DNA of 64,000 bases. Origin: Trypanosoma brucei. Taxonomy: Eukaryota. The notes beneath the pieces are model-generated. The model was not told where the DNA came from and searched no databases. It was given only the letters and a program-made list of their open reading frames with translations. Location: NCBI GenBank assembly GCA_000002445.1, contig CH464491.1, positions 992,001-1,056,000 of the forward strand, in the 5' to 3' direction. Shown here in pieces: positions 1 through 12,281 of the stretch. A program made the translations under genes and the position numbers. Numbering within the stretch: the first letter of the stretch is position 1; each line of letters opens with the position of its first letter.

Positions 1-597
1 TCATTGTCTGCTTTCCGGAAGGAGCCAGCTCAAGTCTTGCGGGCGCATCAGCTGCCAAAACTTCCATTACTAACTCTGTTACTGCCCTGCTAGTAATTGC
101 TTTGGACCCAGCAAGTCTTCCGGTTAGACGGGTGATGTCGTGCACACGCAGCGCCGTCGAAGCCCTTGTGGCGGTTGTACGGACGCTTCCAGCATCATCG
201 GCGGTCCGAAAGCACGTCAAGCCGCTGTTGGTACTTCTCACTTTCAACCGATTTTACGGTGAGTAGTCTCTGCTGTAGATTTCTTGTTTGTGTAGACAGG
301 CGGGTTACTGTGCCGATATAACTCTTGCCGTCACAGAGCCCTTATCCCGGCGCAAAGCGTTCCCGGGCAGCGGCAACTGTGCGTATCCCGCACTGGTGGG
401 AAGATACAAACGATATTACTGCAATAAATTTCTTTGTGTTTGAATTTGCCGGTAGTTGTTGCACTCGCCAATTCGTTGGTGATTGTTACTTCATCACTTC
501 CCTGTCTTCTCCTCACATCTATTATTCCCCTCCAAGTGTGCTCCGTCCGCGCGCAACCCAATTGAGGCCAAGGAGTGCGCTCAAGTACTGTCCAGTC

Positions 598-2250
598 ATG
601 GTGCATAACACCTCCACTGCGCCTGATCCAGGGAATAAGGAAGATGACAACGAGGACTTCCTCGCAGTGGAAGAGGGGGAAATGATGGAAGAGGAGGGTG
701 AAGAAGAAATGAGTGAAGAAGAGGTGGGTGGCTTAAGCTGCGTCGGCGCCCTTGTCAGCAGTTGTGGGAATGAAACTGTGCTTTTACGCAATGACGTGTC
801 AGAGTTTACCCCTGCAGAACTAGAGGAGCTGGGACGCATGGAATTTGCTGATGACGATTATTACGGGAACATCCAAATGAATCGGGAGGTTGACGCAAAA
901 GGGGGTGATGGCTCTAGTGACGACGATGACAGTCCACAAGTTGGCAGTCATATCCACGGTACCCGTAGTCTCGTCAGCAGCAGTGGAAGGGTGTCCGCGA
1001 TGCACAGTGCTCTTCGCCCCAAAACAGAGGCTGGGGGCTGTGCTTACAAGCAATGTACGTTGACGCAGCTTCTCCCTGCCCGGGGGCGTGTGGGTGGAAC
1101 TGATGCCATAGTAGATGCAGTGTTGCAGCAGCAGCAGTTGCAAGTGGCCGATCGCGGTCTACGTGACACGTTACCCATTGAATGTTTCCTCAATCTCACG
1201 CATCTGTACATGCAGCACAACGAGGTTGAGTCACTCGAAGGTCTTGTGCTACTTGTTCAGTTGCGTGTTCTCGTCGCTCACCACAACGCTGTCACGTCAT
1301 TACGTCCCATCGCTGTGCTTCCTGCTTTGAGCTTCATTGATGCCCGAAGCAACAAAATCGAGGATGTAAACCCCATGGAAGATTTACCTTGTGACTCACT
1401 GAAGTACTTGGCCTTACTCGACAACCCATGCTGTAATGGGGATCGCTCGGTAGATCGCGAGCAGATTATGAAGGCTTGCCCGAAGTTGGCAATGCTTGAT
1501 GACGTGCCACGGGACCCGTCGGCCGAAAAGGTGACTGGCAGCGAAGAGGAAGAGAATAGCGATGAAGAAGATGGGTGCAAAAGATGGCACGCAGTCAGTG
1601 AGACTCCAACCGGCTGCAGCAAGGGCGTTTCCTCGCGCATCCACTTATATCGGTCTCTGAAGATGTGTGAACCGCTGCCCGTGTCAGTGCCGTCCCTGGA
1701 ACCCATACCAGTCACCTCACAAGACATCGACACAAACAGAGTGACAACTACCACAGACCGACTCTGTGAGCAACTTAGGCATCGCTCTAGCGCCATACGC
1801 CGCATGGCGGGACACCATGCATTAGGTCAGACAGAGGTCAGCGACCCTGTGTGGGATTTTGGGAATCATGTTGAAAATGACGGTGATTCCGAACACCGCA
1901 GTAACGGGAGGAGGAGACTAGATTCACCAGAATCCACCCTGTCATTAACGTTGCCGCCAGAGTTGGAACAGGAGCGGGCGACAAAGGCTCGTCTTTATGA
2001 TGATATTCGCTTTGCTCTGCAGGCGGATGACAGGCGGCTCCGGCAGCTCGCGGGGGTTGTTTGGGACGACGTGGACAAAGTGTTGTCAACAAGGCAGGCA
2101 CTGGTGGGCCACCGACGCCATCGAATGCACACGGCGCATCAGCAGCCATCCGATGCGTATGCAAAGAGCCTTGAGATACTCAAGCACGAAAATCGTGTAG
2201 CCAACTTGGACAAGTATAGGAAGCAAGAGAATGCCAATGCACCGCAGTAG
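598..2250 (+). CDS. Leucine-rich repeat protein (ORF 325..2250; Met at 598 is the more likely start)
   Basis: 641-aa ORF. It has SDS22-like LRR units (LNLTHLYMQHNEVESLEGLVLLVQLRVLVAHHNAVTSL...ARSNKIEDVNP...LKYLALLDNPC) and acidic stretches. The N-terminal 90 aa of the ORF look like read-through of the 5' UTR. Confidence 0.55.
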   Translation: MVHNTSTAPDPGNKEDDNEDFLAVEEGEMMEEEGEEEMSEEEVGGLSCVGALVSSCGNETVLLRNDVSEFTPAELEELGRMEFADDDYYGNIQMNREVDAKGGDGSSDDDDSPQVGSHIHGTRSLVSSSGRVSAMHSALRPKTEAGGCAYKQCTLTQLLPARGRVGGTDAIVDAVLQQQQLQVADRGLRDTLPIECFLNLTHLYMQHNEVESLEGLVLLVQLRVLVAHHNAVTSLRPIAVLPALSFIDARSNKIEDVNPMEDLPCDSLKYLALLDNPCCNGDRSVDREQIMKACPKLAMLDDVPRDPSAEKVTGSEEEENSDEEDGCKRWHAVSETPTGCSKGVSSRIHLYRSLKMCEPLPVSVPSLEPIPVTSQDIDTNRVTTTTDRLCEQLRHRSSAIRRMAGHHALGQTEVSDPVWDFGNHVENDGDSEHRSNGRRRLDSPESTLSLTLPPELEQERATKARLYDDIRFALQADDRRLRQLAGVVWDDVDKVLSTRQALVGHRRHRMHTAHQQPSDAYAKSLEILKHENRVANLDKYRKQENANAPQ

Positions 2251-2795
2251 TTGATTACCACTCGTTCAGTCTCCCGATTCCTTCCATTCCATAGAAGCAA
2301 GTGTATATTTGTTACTCGGCATATGCGATATATATGTACATGTATCCGCACTGGCCGTACCCTGTTGTGCAACTAAATATACTTGAAGCCTCTCATTGGG
2401 GTGGTTTCCAGTACTGTTTTTCTCACTCTTACTAATATTGCCATTATTTGCATCGACTTGATAATCCTTGATTTTCTTTGTGGGCATCGGTATCTGTTTC
2501 CTGTGGTTCTTTGTGTGTGTGTGTGTGCTTTACCCTTAGCTTCCCTCATCTGTTTACTTGAATTTCATTTTTCTTTTCTTTTGCTGTTGAAAACGTTCCG
2601 GTTTGACTCTCAATGTGCTGAAACAGTACGAAGTGTGACTTGAGTCGATTCCCCACGCGCGAGAACCCGTCTCCACATAAGATTTTGACGTATTGCAAGC
2701 GCGCTGCGGTTGGTCCGGAACCTCCAACAGCACTGCGGGGACTTGGTGTAAAAAAAAACGAAGGGAGGGTGAAACATACCCTCGTACTCAAGTAA

Positions 2796-3413
2796 ATGAA
2801 ACCGGAAGGTGCAAAAGGAGCGGTGGTTAGTGACGACGTGGGCGGTGACTCCGCCAACTTGGCCTACTGTTCTGATCGCATCACACTCTTAAGCCGAGCG
2901 GACATTGAAGCTTTCACTTGTTGTAGTAACGGTGCAGGTGGTGGTGGCGCGTCTAATTCAGAGAATCATAACGGTGGTTGTGGGGGACTTGCGTCAGAGG
3001 CTCAATCAGTGGATCCCTGCAGCACTTTAGACACATGCATAGCGGCACTTCCAATGTTCTTGCAATCGGAGGCGCTGGTGCTACGACGACATGAACAGCA
3101 ATTCAGGCATCACATGAAGGAGCTGGTAGAATTGACTGAATGTATAACGTTGCTGTGTGATGGGTCGCTACGGCAACACGCGGCCGCTGTTGCGGGGCAA
3201 CCTGCAGAGCAGTCGGCAGATGCGCAAAGGGCGGAAAGTGCTGCGTTGCACCGTATGTTGCACCGGGCGGAGGAATTGGAACGCTACGTGCGCGCCGCAG
3301 CTGTGGAGCGGTTGCGCAGTGCGCAACGGATGGTGCTAGCGGCTAGCACCACGAAGCGGAGGGAGAAGGTTGGGCGAAAGTCGGCAGTACGACCCCCGAA
3401 AGCAACGAAGTAG
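2796..3413 (+). CDS. Hypothetical Gly/Ala-rich small protein
   Basis: 205-aa + strand ORF in an otherwise gene-bearing orientation. No recognisable domain, and low complexity (GAGGGGASN). Confidence 0.3.
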   Translation: MKPEGAKGAVVSDDVGGDSANLAYCSDRITLLSRADIEAFTCCSNGAGGGGASNSENHNGGCGGLASEAQSVDPCSTLDTCIAALPMFLQSEALVLRRHEQQFRHHMKELVELTECITLLCDGSLRQHAAAVAGQPAEQSADAQRAESAALHRMLHRAEELERYVRAAAVERLRSAQRMVLAASTTKRREKVGRKSAVRPPKATK

Positions 3414-4238
3414 TACTGCACAAGCCCAAGACAGTGAAATATATCCACGCATCGAGATGTGAAGTGGTAGTCGTAGCAGTGCAGCACGGGGTTTTCGTGT
3501 CGCGTGCTCCTTGGTATTCACTTACGAAATTGCGGAGTGTACATGTGTATTTGCTGTGGATGCGGAGTGGTACGTTTCCAAAGGCCCTTTTCTCTGTTGA
3601 TGCTCTAGTTACGTTAAAAGGGGAGCGTGTACGCCTTCACCGGTACACCAGGAGTGCTAGTCCCTCAATTTTCTACTTCATTTCTTCCCCACACCCCTGT
3701 GACCATTCTCTTTGCCAGTGTTATTGTTTAGTCCTTCACCCTCAGTAGGTTCCGTTATACAGGGTTAAGGGTAAGACTAACTTTCGTTCGCATTGTGGTT
3801 TATTGAGACAAGGGGGAATATACAGCGAACACACGTGCCAGTTTCGTTGCTGTGTCTTATTGTTTTCATTTTTCTCCACTATATTCTTCCTTGCTTATTG
3901 GCTCCGGTTTGTACTTCTAACGAGTGGAGAAAGAAAAGGGGGGGAGGTTACCAGGAAGGTGGCTTCGTTGTTTTTTCCCTTCGTTAAGTTTCTGTTGGGG
4001 GAAGGGCTGCACACCTCATCCGTTCATGTGGGAGGGGGAAAGAAGGTTGTGAGGTGGGAAGGTAAAATGCTTGAACCCTTAACGAAAAAAGAAGGGAAAT
4101 ACGCTGGCGTGCACCTCTCTCCACCTTATTTCATCTTTTTCCATCCAATCATTTCCTAGGACCAACTCGAATTGAAAGCATCCGAGGACAGATAGAAAAG
4201 AGGAAGGAGGCAAAAGAATTCGTGGCTTAGTTTGAAAT

Positions 4239-5831
4239 ATGGTGTATGAGTTTGTGCTTGAGCACCAACCCGAAGCTGTGGGTACGGCGGTTCTTAACGT
4301 AATTCCGAAGGTGCGCCAGCCGCCCAAGAAGTCAGATGGTGACGTGCAGGAATATGCCCTTGCGCGCACCCAAGTGCCAAACCAATGCGCTGATGGCGGG
4401 GCTCAGTGGACAGGGGTAGAACCGGGTCCTTCTATCACTTTTCTGCCACAGCATATTCCGAACATACATTTCCAAGAGCGGCAACAGCAGAAGCAGCCAT
4501 CGTTGCGCGTTGGTGGCGTCGCTGTCTGCGCTGACGTGGGCCAGGAAGGGCTTGGCAGCAACGCGAACCCAGTCATGCACGGCAACTTCGGCACAAAATC
4601 GCCGATTGGAGGCCCGCCGAAAACCACTACTCTCCGGAAGACACGGACGAATAAGCCATACACCAGCCTTGTTCCGTTCTCCCCTGAGGAGGAGGAGCAA
4701 GAGGGGAAATACCGGAGGGATTTTGGACACGTTCGACCTAGTGAACAGGAGCTGATGAAGGGGCAACAGCAGTGCTTTTTGGGTCTTTATCAACGCCAAA
4801 AGGAACAAAGAGGTTCGCCAAATTGGAACCAGCAGGTCCAAGTGCTTAGTAGTGTGAAACAAGCACCTCAGTCGGATTACAAAATACAGGTGGGCAGTAA
4901 CAGTTGTTCCAACCTTACCGCTCTGTCTTCGGTACCAAGTGAGTGCTCTCCTGTACCGAAACCGCAAGTGCTGCAACAACAGATGAGTCCACCTCCGTAT
5001 TTTGGTCCACAGGAGGACCTGCATGGTTGGCTTCCTGGAGATGGTATGCGGAGTAACCACAGCAGCCACATACCAAGTGGGTCCATGCAAATGAAGTCAC
5101 GGTGTCGTGGTGGTGTGAACGTTGTAGGCAACGCTTTGAACCCTCAGGAGTACGGCAGGAGCATGTCCACAAACTCTGGTCCGCAGCCGCTGGTAGGGGT
5201 GGTGCCCAATCAACGACAAGAACAACAACAGTTGCAGTGGTGTGAGTGGCAAGGGGCACCCGGACCGCATGCAATGGTTCCTTCTGAGTCAGTGATGCCA
5301 CCGCAGGCAACCAACTCCGCGATGCCACAACATGTACCCGCCTATTATCCTCCACCAGGTGACGGCGGTTTCTCCGCTTTCCCCCAGGGCAATCGGACGC
5401 CTCAACACAGCGACCCGTCGTGTATGTCCATGAGTCCCACACCAGCGTGCGGGCCGTTTCTACAAGACCGCTGGGCCCATCCACGAGTCGTGAACGAACC
5501 ACAAGTGCAGTGGCACCCTGCACCCATGCCCTACCCTCTTCCGCCGTCATACAACAGTGAGGGTAGTCGGCCATCAAGCCTCTCTGTCTCGGTGGAGCCG
5601 TCTGCATACAACATGGAATACCATGACAACCAAAGACATATTATGCATCATCCAAACTCACAATGGGGTGGGGGTTGTGACGGGCCGAGGTTAACAGCAG
5701 CAACGCCCGGCTATCCATCACGTCGTGGGGGGCATGACGTGATGCGATGCCCTCAGTTTGTGCCACCACGTGGACCTGTCGCCCAATGGGCGATGGAAAG
5801 GACTATCGGACAGGACATGCATCCGTCTTAG
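4239..5831 (+). CDS. Hypothetical Q/P-rich protein
   Basis: 530-aa uninterrupted + strand ORF with low-complexity Gln/Pro-rich composition and no identifiable catalytic motif. Its length argues against chance. Confidence 0.5.
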   Translation: MVYEFVLEHQPEAVGTAVLNVIPKVRQPPKKSDGDVQEYALARTQVPNQCADGGAQWTGVEPGPSITFLPQHIPNIHFQERQQQKQPSLRVGGVAVCADVGQEGLGSNANPVMHGNFGTKSPIGGPPKTTTLRKTRTNKPYTSLVPFSPEEEEQEGKYRRDFGHVRPSEQELMKGQQQCFLGLYQRQKEQRGSPNWNQQVQVLSSVKQAPQSDYKIQVGSNSCSNLTALSSVPSECSPVPKPQVLQQQMSPPPYFGPQEDLHGWLPGDGMRSNHSSHIPSGSMQMKSRCRGGVNVVGNALNPQEYGRSMSTNSGPQPLVGVVPNQRQEQQQLQWCEWQGAPGPHAMVPSESVMPPQATNSAMPQHVPAYYPPPGDGGFSAFPQGNRTPQHSDPSCMSMSPTPACGPFLQDRWAHPRVVNEPQVQWHPAPMPYPLPPSYNSEGSRPSSLSVSVEPSAYNMEYHDNQRHIMHHPNSQWGGGCDGPRLTAATPGYPSRRGGHDVMRCPQFVPPRGPVAQWAMERTIGQDMHPS

Positions 5832-6734
5832 ATCCCACAGCTACACCAGCGGCTCCGACGCTGAAGGGACATCTGAAAGGGTGTGGTGTCGAAACACGTC
5901 GCGGGATCTTTTCAGACGACCCATTGAGTGAGGGGAAAGGGGGGAAAAGAATGGAAGAAGGTTAGCAGATGGAATGAACGAATGGGTCGTGTCAGGCATA
6001 GTGTGGGCGATGGAGTTGTCATGCTTTTATCGGTCGTTGGTGGTTAATATAGCAAATGTTATGGTGCGGCCAATTGCTAGAAGGGAAATCGAACAGGCAA
6101 CAAGTATTGTCTGTGCTCCGTTTAGCCCACTTGTGGACAGCAGTAGCAGGCTTATATTTACCATGCAGGGCTCTGCATATTTCGCGTTGCCAGTATGGAA
6201 AAAAAAAAGTGATGAGTAAACGGAAGGTGGAGGAACTTCCTTAACGAACCGAAGGGGAACGGTAGTTGCTAGACATCACGTGAACCAGAGATTTGTTCTC
6301 GCCGTACACTAAACAAGGCGTTATGTAGAAATGAAAAAAAAAATATAAGCGAAGCCCATGGGAGAGGAAACCTGGGAAGGGGGAGTTGATAAAGTCGGAA
6401 AGCGAAGGGGCCTCATATCTTTCTAGTGGCGCGTTTCCACATCGCATGGAGTTGTCCTTTTATCTCCATTTAACTTGCTCTCTTTTTGTTTCTTTCTTCT
6501 CGGTTTTATTGGCCCTCTTCATTTCGCTTTGCACTTCTTTATCTTCTGCTTCCCGTTACTTTTCCCTCCTCCTTACTACCGGGTGCAACGATTCCTCTCT
6601 CTCTCCGCTCGTTTTTTTCTCTTTTTATACGTTGTTATTTTTCGAACCTCGTTTGTTATTCCTTTTGTTTTTTTTGTTTCTTTATCTTTGGATGCGTGCG
6701 TGAGTTTGCTGTCCGTTAATTTGTTTACTTCCAG

Positions 6735-6758
6735 TATATATATATATATATATATATA
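6735..6758. repeat. (TA)12 microsatellite
   Basis: Direct reading. Confidence 0.9.
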
Positions 6759-9097
6759 CGTATGAAGGTTACTGCGTTTTATTTTAAAAGAAAGTTGTTA
6801 TTCGGCCCTTTTCGTTTTTACGCTCTTATGTCTTGTGTGCTTATGCTGTCGTTTGTTGTTGATTTTCTTTTTATTGCAATGAGCCTGCTGATATCAATTT
6901 TTGACATCATATTCGTGTTGCCAATAAAAATGAAGAGATGAGATGAAAGTAAGGAAGAGCACAGAGAGGCGACAAAACACTTCAGTTTGGATGAGTCAAG
7001 CGAAATTACTCGATGTTATTGAGAGAAATAGAAAGTAGAAAGGGAAAAGGACACGGAAGAGGTTCTTTAGTGTTGCTTTTGCTCTACAATTAGTTTCAAC
7101 CTATTTGTTTCACTCGTTTATCTATTTATTTGTGGTGAAGGGTTGAACAGTGATGACGAGAGGAATATATATATATATATACATATTTTCAAAAAAGGAA
7201 AGGAAAGGAGGTGTGATTTAAAAAAAAAAAAAGGAAAGCCGATCACAAAAAGGTGCAGTGTCGTTTCTTTCATGTTCCGTTTGTTTGTTTTTCGATGAAA
7301 ATTATAACGAAAAAAGAATAATAGTAATAGCGTTGTTTGTCTTTTACTTTTATTTCAACTTCGTTGGTTTGGTTTTGTTTTCGTTTCAGTGTTTTTTTTT
7401 TCTTCTGTGCGTGCGTATGCTCAGTTTTTGTTTTTTGTGCATGGGGGTAAAAGAGTGATCAAAGACACGTGAGTTTTTGTTTCCATTTTGTTTTGTTTGT
7501 TAAATAAAGAAAAAGAGGGAGAAAACCGGAATGTGGAGTATAACTTAAGTGCGGTCATATGTGTGTGCGTGTATGACTGTATTTAAATAAATAACAAAAT
7601 GAAAATGAAACAACAACAAGGCGCAAACATGTGAGTATTCTCCCGGAGACGAAATGAAATAAGGAAGATCCAAAACAATACAGAACTCGCTGGTAGCAAG
7701 AGGTGCAAGAAAAATAAACACACAAATGCTTACAAGGAGAGGGTCCAGTTTCGCTATATGTATTAGTTGTGTCAATGTTATATTGTGGTTTCGTGTTATT
7801 TTTATATATATTAATATATTTTCATGTATTTACTTTTATATATTTTTATTTATCCATATTTTCATACTTTACTTGTATTATATTATATTATCTTATATAT
7901 ACATTTATATATGCGTGTACGTTTGGATATATGTATACATGCTTTACTCGTTCTGTCTGTGTGTGTCTTTCTTTTTGTGTTTACTTTGGTTTCTTGCTGG
8001 TTCATGACTCTGCGGTCTTCACCACAGAAATGTGCCTGCGGTGGGGGGAAATTTATACATATTTTTGTTACTTTGATAAAAACAACAACAAACAACAGCA
8101 ACACAAAAGAAGAAAGGACAAAAGGAGTATATTTAAAAAAAAAGAAACCGGGGAAAGCAACCGCGCTGTATGTATGATTGGGCTAAAAGCAAGAAAAGAT
8201 AATGGTAGTTTGTATTATTTTAGCCCCTTTATTTTCTTCGACAGGTCGATTCGGTTTTGCGGCGAGTGAAGGCCGAAGGTTTTGGCATCCAGTTGATTGT
8301 TTATCTTTTTATCAGGCGTGCACTTTGCCGACACTGTCTGACGCTCATTTTTTTTTTGTTTTTTGTCTTCTTTTACTTGTGTATTTTCCCAACCTCGCAT
8401 TTGATTCGTATTGTTCTTCTGTATTTCACTTATGTGGCACGACTTGGAAAAATATGAAAAAAAAAGGAAACAAAAGGGGAATTGTGAGCCGCAGAGAAAA
8501 TTTACATGTTACTGTTGTTGACGTTGTTTGTTTGGCTCTTGGTGACTTTTTTTGTGTGTGTGTTTGTCACCTCTTTCATCACCGTGACGAGTCTCCCTTC
8601 TTTGATGTTTAAAGAGAAGAAAAGGGGAAGGGGAAAAAAATGAAAAAGGAAGAGAAAAAGTAACTTGAAGGAAAAGGGATGCTCTCACGGTTCTTTGCGT
8701 TCGTTTATTAGTTGTGTTGAGGTTTACTGGTGTTTGCTTTTTGTCATTCCCCACTCATTCCTTCCTTCTTTTGTTGTCTCGGCCATGTTTCTTTTTTTTA
8801 AAAAAAAAAAACTTCGTTGTGTGCATTTTTAACACTCGTTACCGTTACCGTCCCTAACATTTTGTTTACCGTTACCCATCACCAGAGCGGGGTTTTCACG
8901 AACCATAAATACAATAGCTCCTTCCCCACCATGTCAAAAAAAATGACGGGCAATAAGGAAAGAAAAATGAAAATACAGCGTCGCATCAGTTTACAGGAAT
9001 CGTAACTGGAAGCAAGGGAATTGAGTATTGTGGAAGAGAAATGGCTGTATTCATGAGACAAACACGTGGTCTCGTACGTGTATGATATGTAAGTGCA

Positions 9098-9099
<2 letters not shown>

Positions 9100-9135
<36 letters not shown>
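9100..9135. repeat. (AT)18 microsatellite
   Basis: Direct reading. Confidence 0.9.
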
Positions 9136-9136
<1 letters not shown>

Positions 9137-9470
9137 GTGATCTGTGAGCGTGTGGGTGGAGGTTGCTCATTGCGTTTATGTGTAAGATTGGAAAATGAGG
9201 GTACTTGAAGTTCTTATCACTCACAAAAAGGGATTTGGATAGCGCTTCGCGTGGTGAAATAAAAAACGATGTATTCATCCCGTGTTCATTGGCATTAAAT
9301 TCTGCACGAACACGCAGAGCGGCTCTGTCGAGTCAACATTAAGCGTGACATGCGAATGGGGAAATGTGATATCGCTATTGAAAAATGAATATGCTACCAA
9401 CGCGTTCGGATGTTGCAATGCAAGTTTTATATTACCCTTTTCCTGCATATCATTTGTAGCCGTCGCCATG

Positions 9471-9514
9471 TCCCTTCTGTTATCCTTTGTTTTTTTTTTT
9501 TACTTTTGTCATTC
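9471..9514 (+). promoter_or_regulatory. Polypyrimidine tract with downstream AG (9524-9525): probable trans-splice acceptor region for the 9530 CDS
   Basis: The tract tcccttctgttatcctttgttttttttttttacttttgtcattc is followed by an AG 5 nt upstream of the ATG at 9530. Confidence 0.45.
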
Positions 9515-9529
9515 GGCTATAAAAGATGC

Positions 9530-11599
9530 ATGTGGACCAGGCGTAATGTGTTTCCACTGATGTCTCTACGGGACGCAGCGCGTGCCCCTGTTGTTATCTC
9601 ACCACAGGCAAAAAACGGCGGACCATCGCCCCTCAGTCCGACCGCCAAAGAGGAATGCAAAAAGAGCGATTCAATTGTCTCAATGAATTACACATTGATT
9701 CCCGGTATTATGCCTGAAGAAGCTGTAATGATTCTCTCCTGGGCACTGTGCATTGACGACCCTATGGCCGTGTTTGGTAAGGAAGGCATTGAGGCGTTCA
9801 GGCAAGTGGAATATTTTTTCGCTGGCACAAGCGGCGGCCGGTTATTTGTTTACCCGCTGGTACCACCGGCAATGCGGCCTTTCCTCCCAAGTGATAACTG
9901 GGAGTGGTTGCAGGGTGAAGGGGTGAAGCAGAAACTGTCAGTGCCTTGGAACGCCGGACCACGGCGTTTGTTCCATCAACATCGGTACGATGAGCCGGTA
10001 ACAGCCATCGCTATTTTGGGGCGGCTGGTTGTATCCTGCAGCACGGACATGTATGTGCACATGAGTCTCTTTCACCCAACACCACATCACATTCTCACTA
10101 TTCGACATCCCTCCCCGCTGCGGTGTGTATTACTGTGGGAAGGTGCCGTGTTTGCCTCACGGTTGTTAGATTCACAACGAAGAGCACAAGTGGCTTCTGC
10201 TGAGTGTTGTGTTGTTTACCTCATCACCGGAGACGATGGCGGTATGGCCCGGATTTGGCGGTCCAACGTGGAAGCAGGTGAATATTTTCTAGTGGCTGTG
10301 TTAGCTGTTGTTACCAGTACATGCTACGTGGGCTTCGCTACACCTTTGCATTACATCGCGCGTGAGGATGCCGATGCCGAACACAGCAACCGCAGACCGA
10401 CGGCGGAGACAACGCGACAAACGAAAGCAATTTATTCACTTGCCGTCGATGACGACAGAAGGCTCATCGCCGGCGTGGAAGGCGGTGTTGTTGTGTGGTC
10501 TCTTGCTGATCTGCCGTACAAACAAAAGGAAAAGGATCATCTGCTGTGCTGGGACGAGAAGCGGATGGTGATGGAACCTCAAGCGACGTCGACGTTGCGT
10601 ATTCGTGGTCAACGACTGATGAACATGACAGTGTGGGTGAAAAGTGCAGCGTTTACTGAGGAATGCCTTTCTTCCTGCCGTATCGACCAGCGGGGCAGCA
10701 GCAGCTACGAGAGAGGGGAAAGCACAAATAACCATGCGGGAGAAAGTGTCATGAGGGATGCGGACGGGTCTCGAAAACCTCCTTTCCATACAGATGCTCG
10801 GTGGAGCAGTTGGAAGCCCAAGTACGGGACGCACGTTGCAGGTGGCCTCGATGTAGGCGTGGTAAGTAATGTTGTTTGTATGCCGTCCCTTAACGGTGAC
10901 AACCTCGATGAGAGGGGCTCTGCAGAATCGCTGCTCCGTGCAGCGTGTGCGCCTATAATATTTCCTTCACTGAAAAACATTGTGCACTTTCCTTTGTGGG
11001 TAGTGGAACCTGTATTTGCCCCAATGCGTATTTTATCCCTAACTGGAAGCATCTGCACAGCACTCCTCGTTCTTGTGCCTAGCGGCCGTGTTGTTACCGG
11101 TGGTTCGGACGGTGTGGTAACGTTGTGGTTGTGGGATGTCGCAGAAGCAACGTACGTACGGGCCATAGTTTCGGAGAGACCTCAATCCCACAGCGGTTTG
11201 TGCCGATGTCTGACGGCTCTACGCGAACCAGATATTTTTACCTCTTGTGGTTATGAAGACGGTATAATAAAGGAGTGGCACGTGTATGACGAACCGGAGC
11301 TGCTTATTCGCCTCGAGCGCAGTTTTGCTCTGCAGTCTGAAAGCTCCGGTAAATCTTCAACTTGGCCTGCCGAGCAGAAGCAGCAGTCATTTGGTGTGGG
11401 TGTGTCATGTGCTGTCTCCTTTCCGGCTTTTTGTGCCTTGTTTGTTGTCGGTGTTGATGAATGCCACATTAACACATTTGGACTGTTGGAAGTACTGGGG
11501 TGTAAGCCGCCCCCCGACTACATCTTCGACGGATACAAAACGGTGCGAGTCGTGCCGTCAAGCCATGATACCCACGGTATTGACAAGTGGGGAAAGTGA
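9530..11599 (+). CDS. Hypothetical protein with WD-repeat-like segments (ORF 9410..11599; start probably at 9530 or 9560)
   Basis: Long + ORF with WD-like signatures (GSDGVVTLWLWD, SCSTDMYVHM). The first 40 codons of the ORF are pyrimidine-tract read-through. Confidence 0.55.
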   Translation: MWTRRNVFPLMSLRDAARAPVVISPQAKNGGPSPLSPTAKEECKKSDSIVSMNYTLIPGIMPEEAVMILSWALCIDDPMAVFGKEGIEAFRQVEYFFAGTSGGRLFVYPLVPPAMRPFLPSDNWEWLQGEGVKQKLSVPWNAGPRRLFHQHRYDEPVTAIAILGRLVVSCSTDMYVHMSLFHPTPHHILTIRHPSPLRCVLLWEGAVFASRLLDSQRRAQVASAECCVVYLITGDDGGMARIWRSNVEAGEYFLVAVLAVVTSTCYVGFATPLHYIAREDADAEHSNRRPTAETTRQTKAIYSLAVDDDRRLIAGVEGGVVVWSLADLPYKQKEKDHLLCWDEKRMVMEPQATSTLRIRGQRLMNMTVWVKSAAFTEECLSSCRIDQRGSSSYERGESTNNHAGESVMRDADGSRKPPFHTDARWSSWKPKYGTHVAGGLDVGVVSNVVCMPSLNGDNLDERGSAESLLRAACAPIIFPSLKNIVHFPLWVVEPVFAPMRILSLTGSICTALLVLVPSGRVVTGGSDGVVTLWLWDVAEATYVRAIVSERPQSHSGLCRCLTALREPDIFTSCGYEDGIIKEWHVYDEPELLIRLERSFALQSESSGKSSTWPAEQKQQSFGVGVSCAVSFPAFCALFVVGVDECHINTFGLLEVLGCKPPPDYIFDGYKTVRVVPSSHDTHGIDKWGK

Positions 11600-12281
11600 G
11601 TTGATAGATGGAACCAGAAGGGCTCATGGGGTGCCGACAACAGCGAAGACTGTTAGGCGCGCGTGGGTGCACAGTTCGTGATGGTATGAGGAGGTTTTCG
11701 CTAATACTTTGTCACACACCGCTAGTCTACTTATGAATCACTTGGCGCGGTGCCCAGATTCAAAATTACCACGAGGCTCTAATAATAAGGATAATATTGG
11801 AAGGTGGGTGTTCCAGCGGCTCCGAGGCCCACCAAATTGCTTTGAGTTTGTTTGTTTTGTTTCGGTGGTAAACTCTATTTACCCTCTTTGGTGTTTGGTT
11901 TTGTTTTATTTGTGGTCGTTCTTCCAGCTTTCTTTAGGGAATTCTCCCCGTTTCACATATGCACATAGTGGTATGCATGGCACGCCATCATGATTGTTCG
12001 TGAAAACACCGGCCATTTTTGTGTTCTCTCATTCCTTCTCCTTAAGAGGGGTCACCCTACTTTCTGCACGCGTGCTCTCCTTTCGTTTTGATGCTATTAT
12101 GGGTTCTTGTCTTTCGTATTCCTTGATTTTTTTCTTTTTGATTTAATGTTTGTGGATTTACCATAGCGCTTAGGTGGGCGAACAAACTCACACACCTGTA
12201 AGGGAAAATATCTCTTCTCCCTTCCCCGTTGGTCTGGTGATATCACCCGCCATTCTCGTTCATATAAGCATATAGGCAGGG

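Noticed and set aside
4332-5090. 252-aa minus-strand ORF, with similar antisense ORFs at 17234..17722, 20779..21138, 21303..21839, 24489..24992, 33709..34161 and 52871..53236
   Set aside because: Each lies entirely within, and antisense to, a longer + strand gene with recognisable features. These are shadow ORFs expected at this GC content in a unidirectional polycistron.
7769-8269. 166-aa + ORF, with overlapping ORFs at 7726..8007 and 7824..8177
   Set aside because: They lie in an AT-rich low-complexity block and translate to Y/I/F/L homopolymer-like strings. Three frames are open at once, typical of simple-sequence DNA rather than coding.
10861-10870. gtaagt intron-donor-like hexamers inside ORFs (for example 10861, 27553)
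   Set aside because: Kinetoplastid protein-coding genes essentially lack cis-introns and the ORFs are continuous through these sites.
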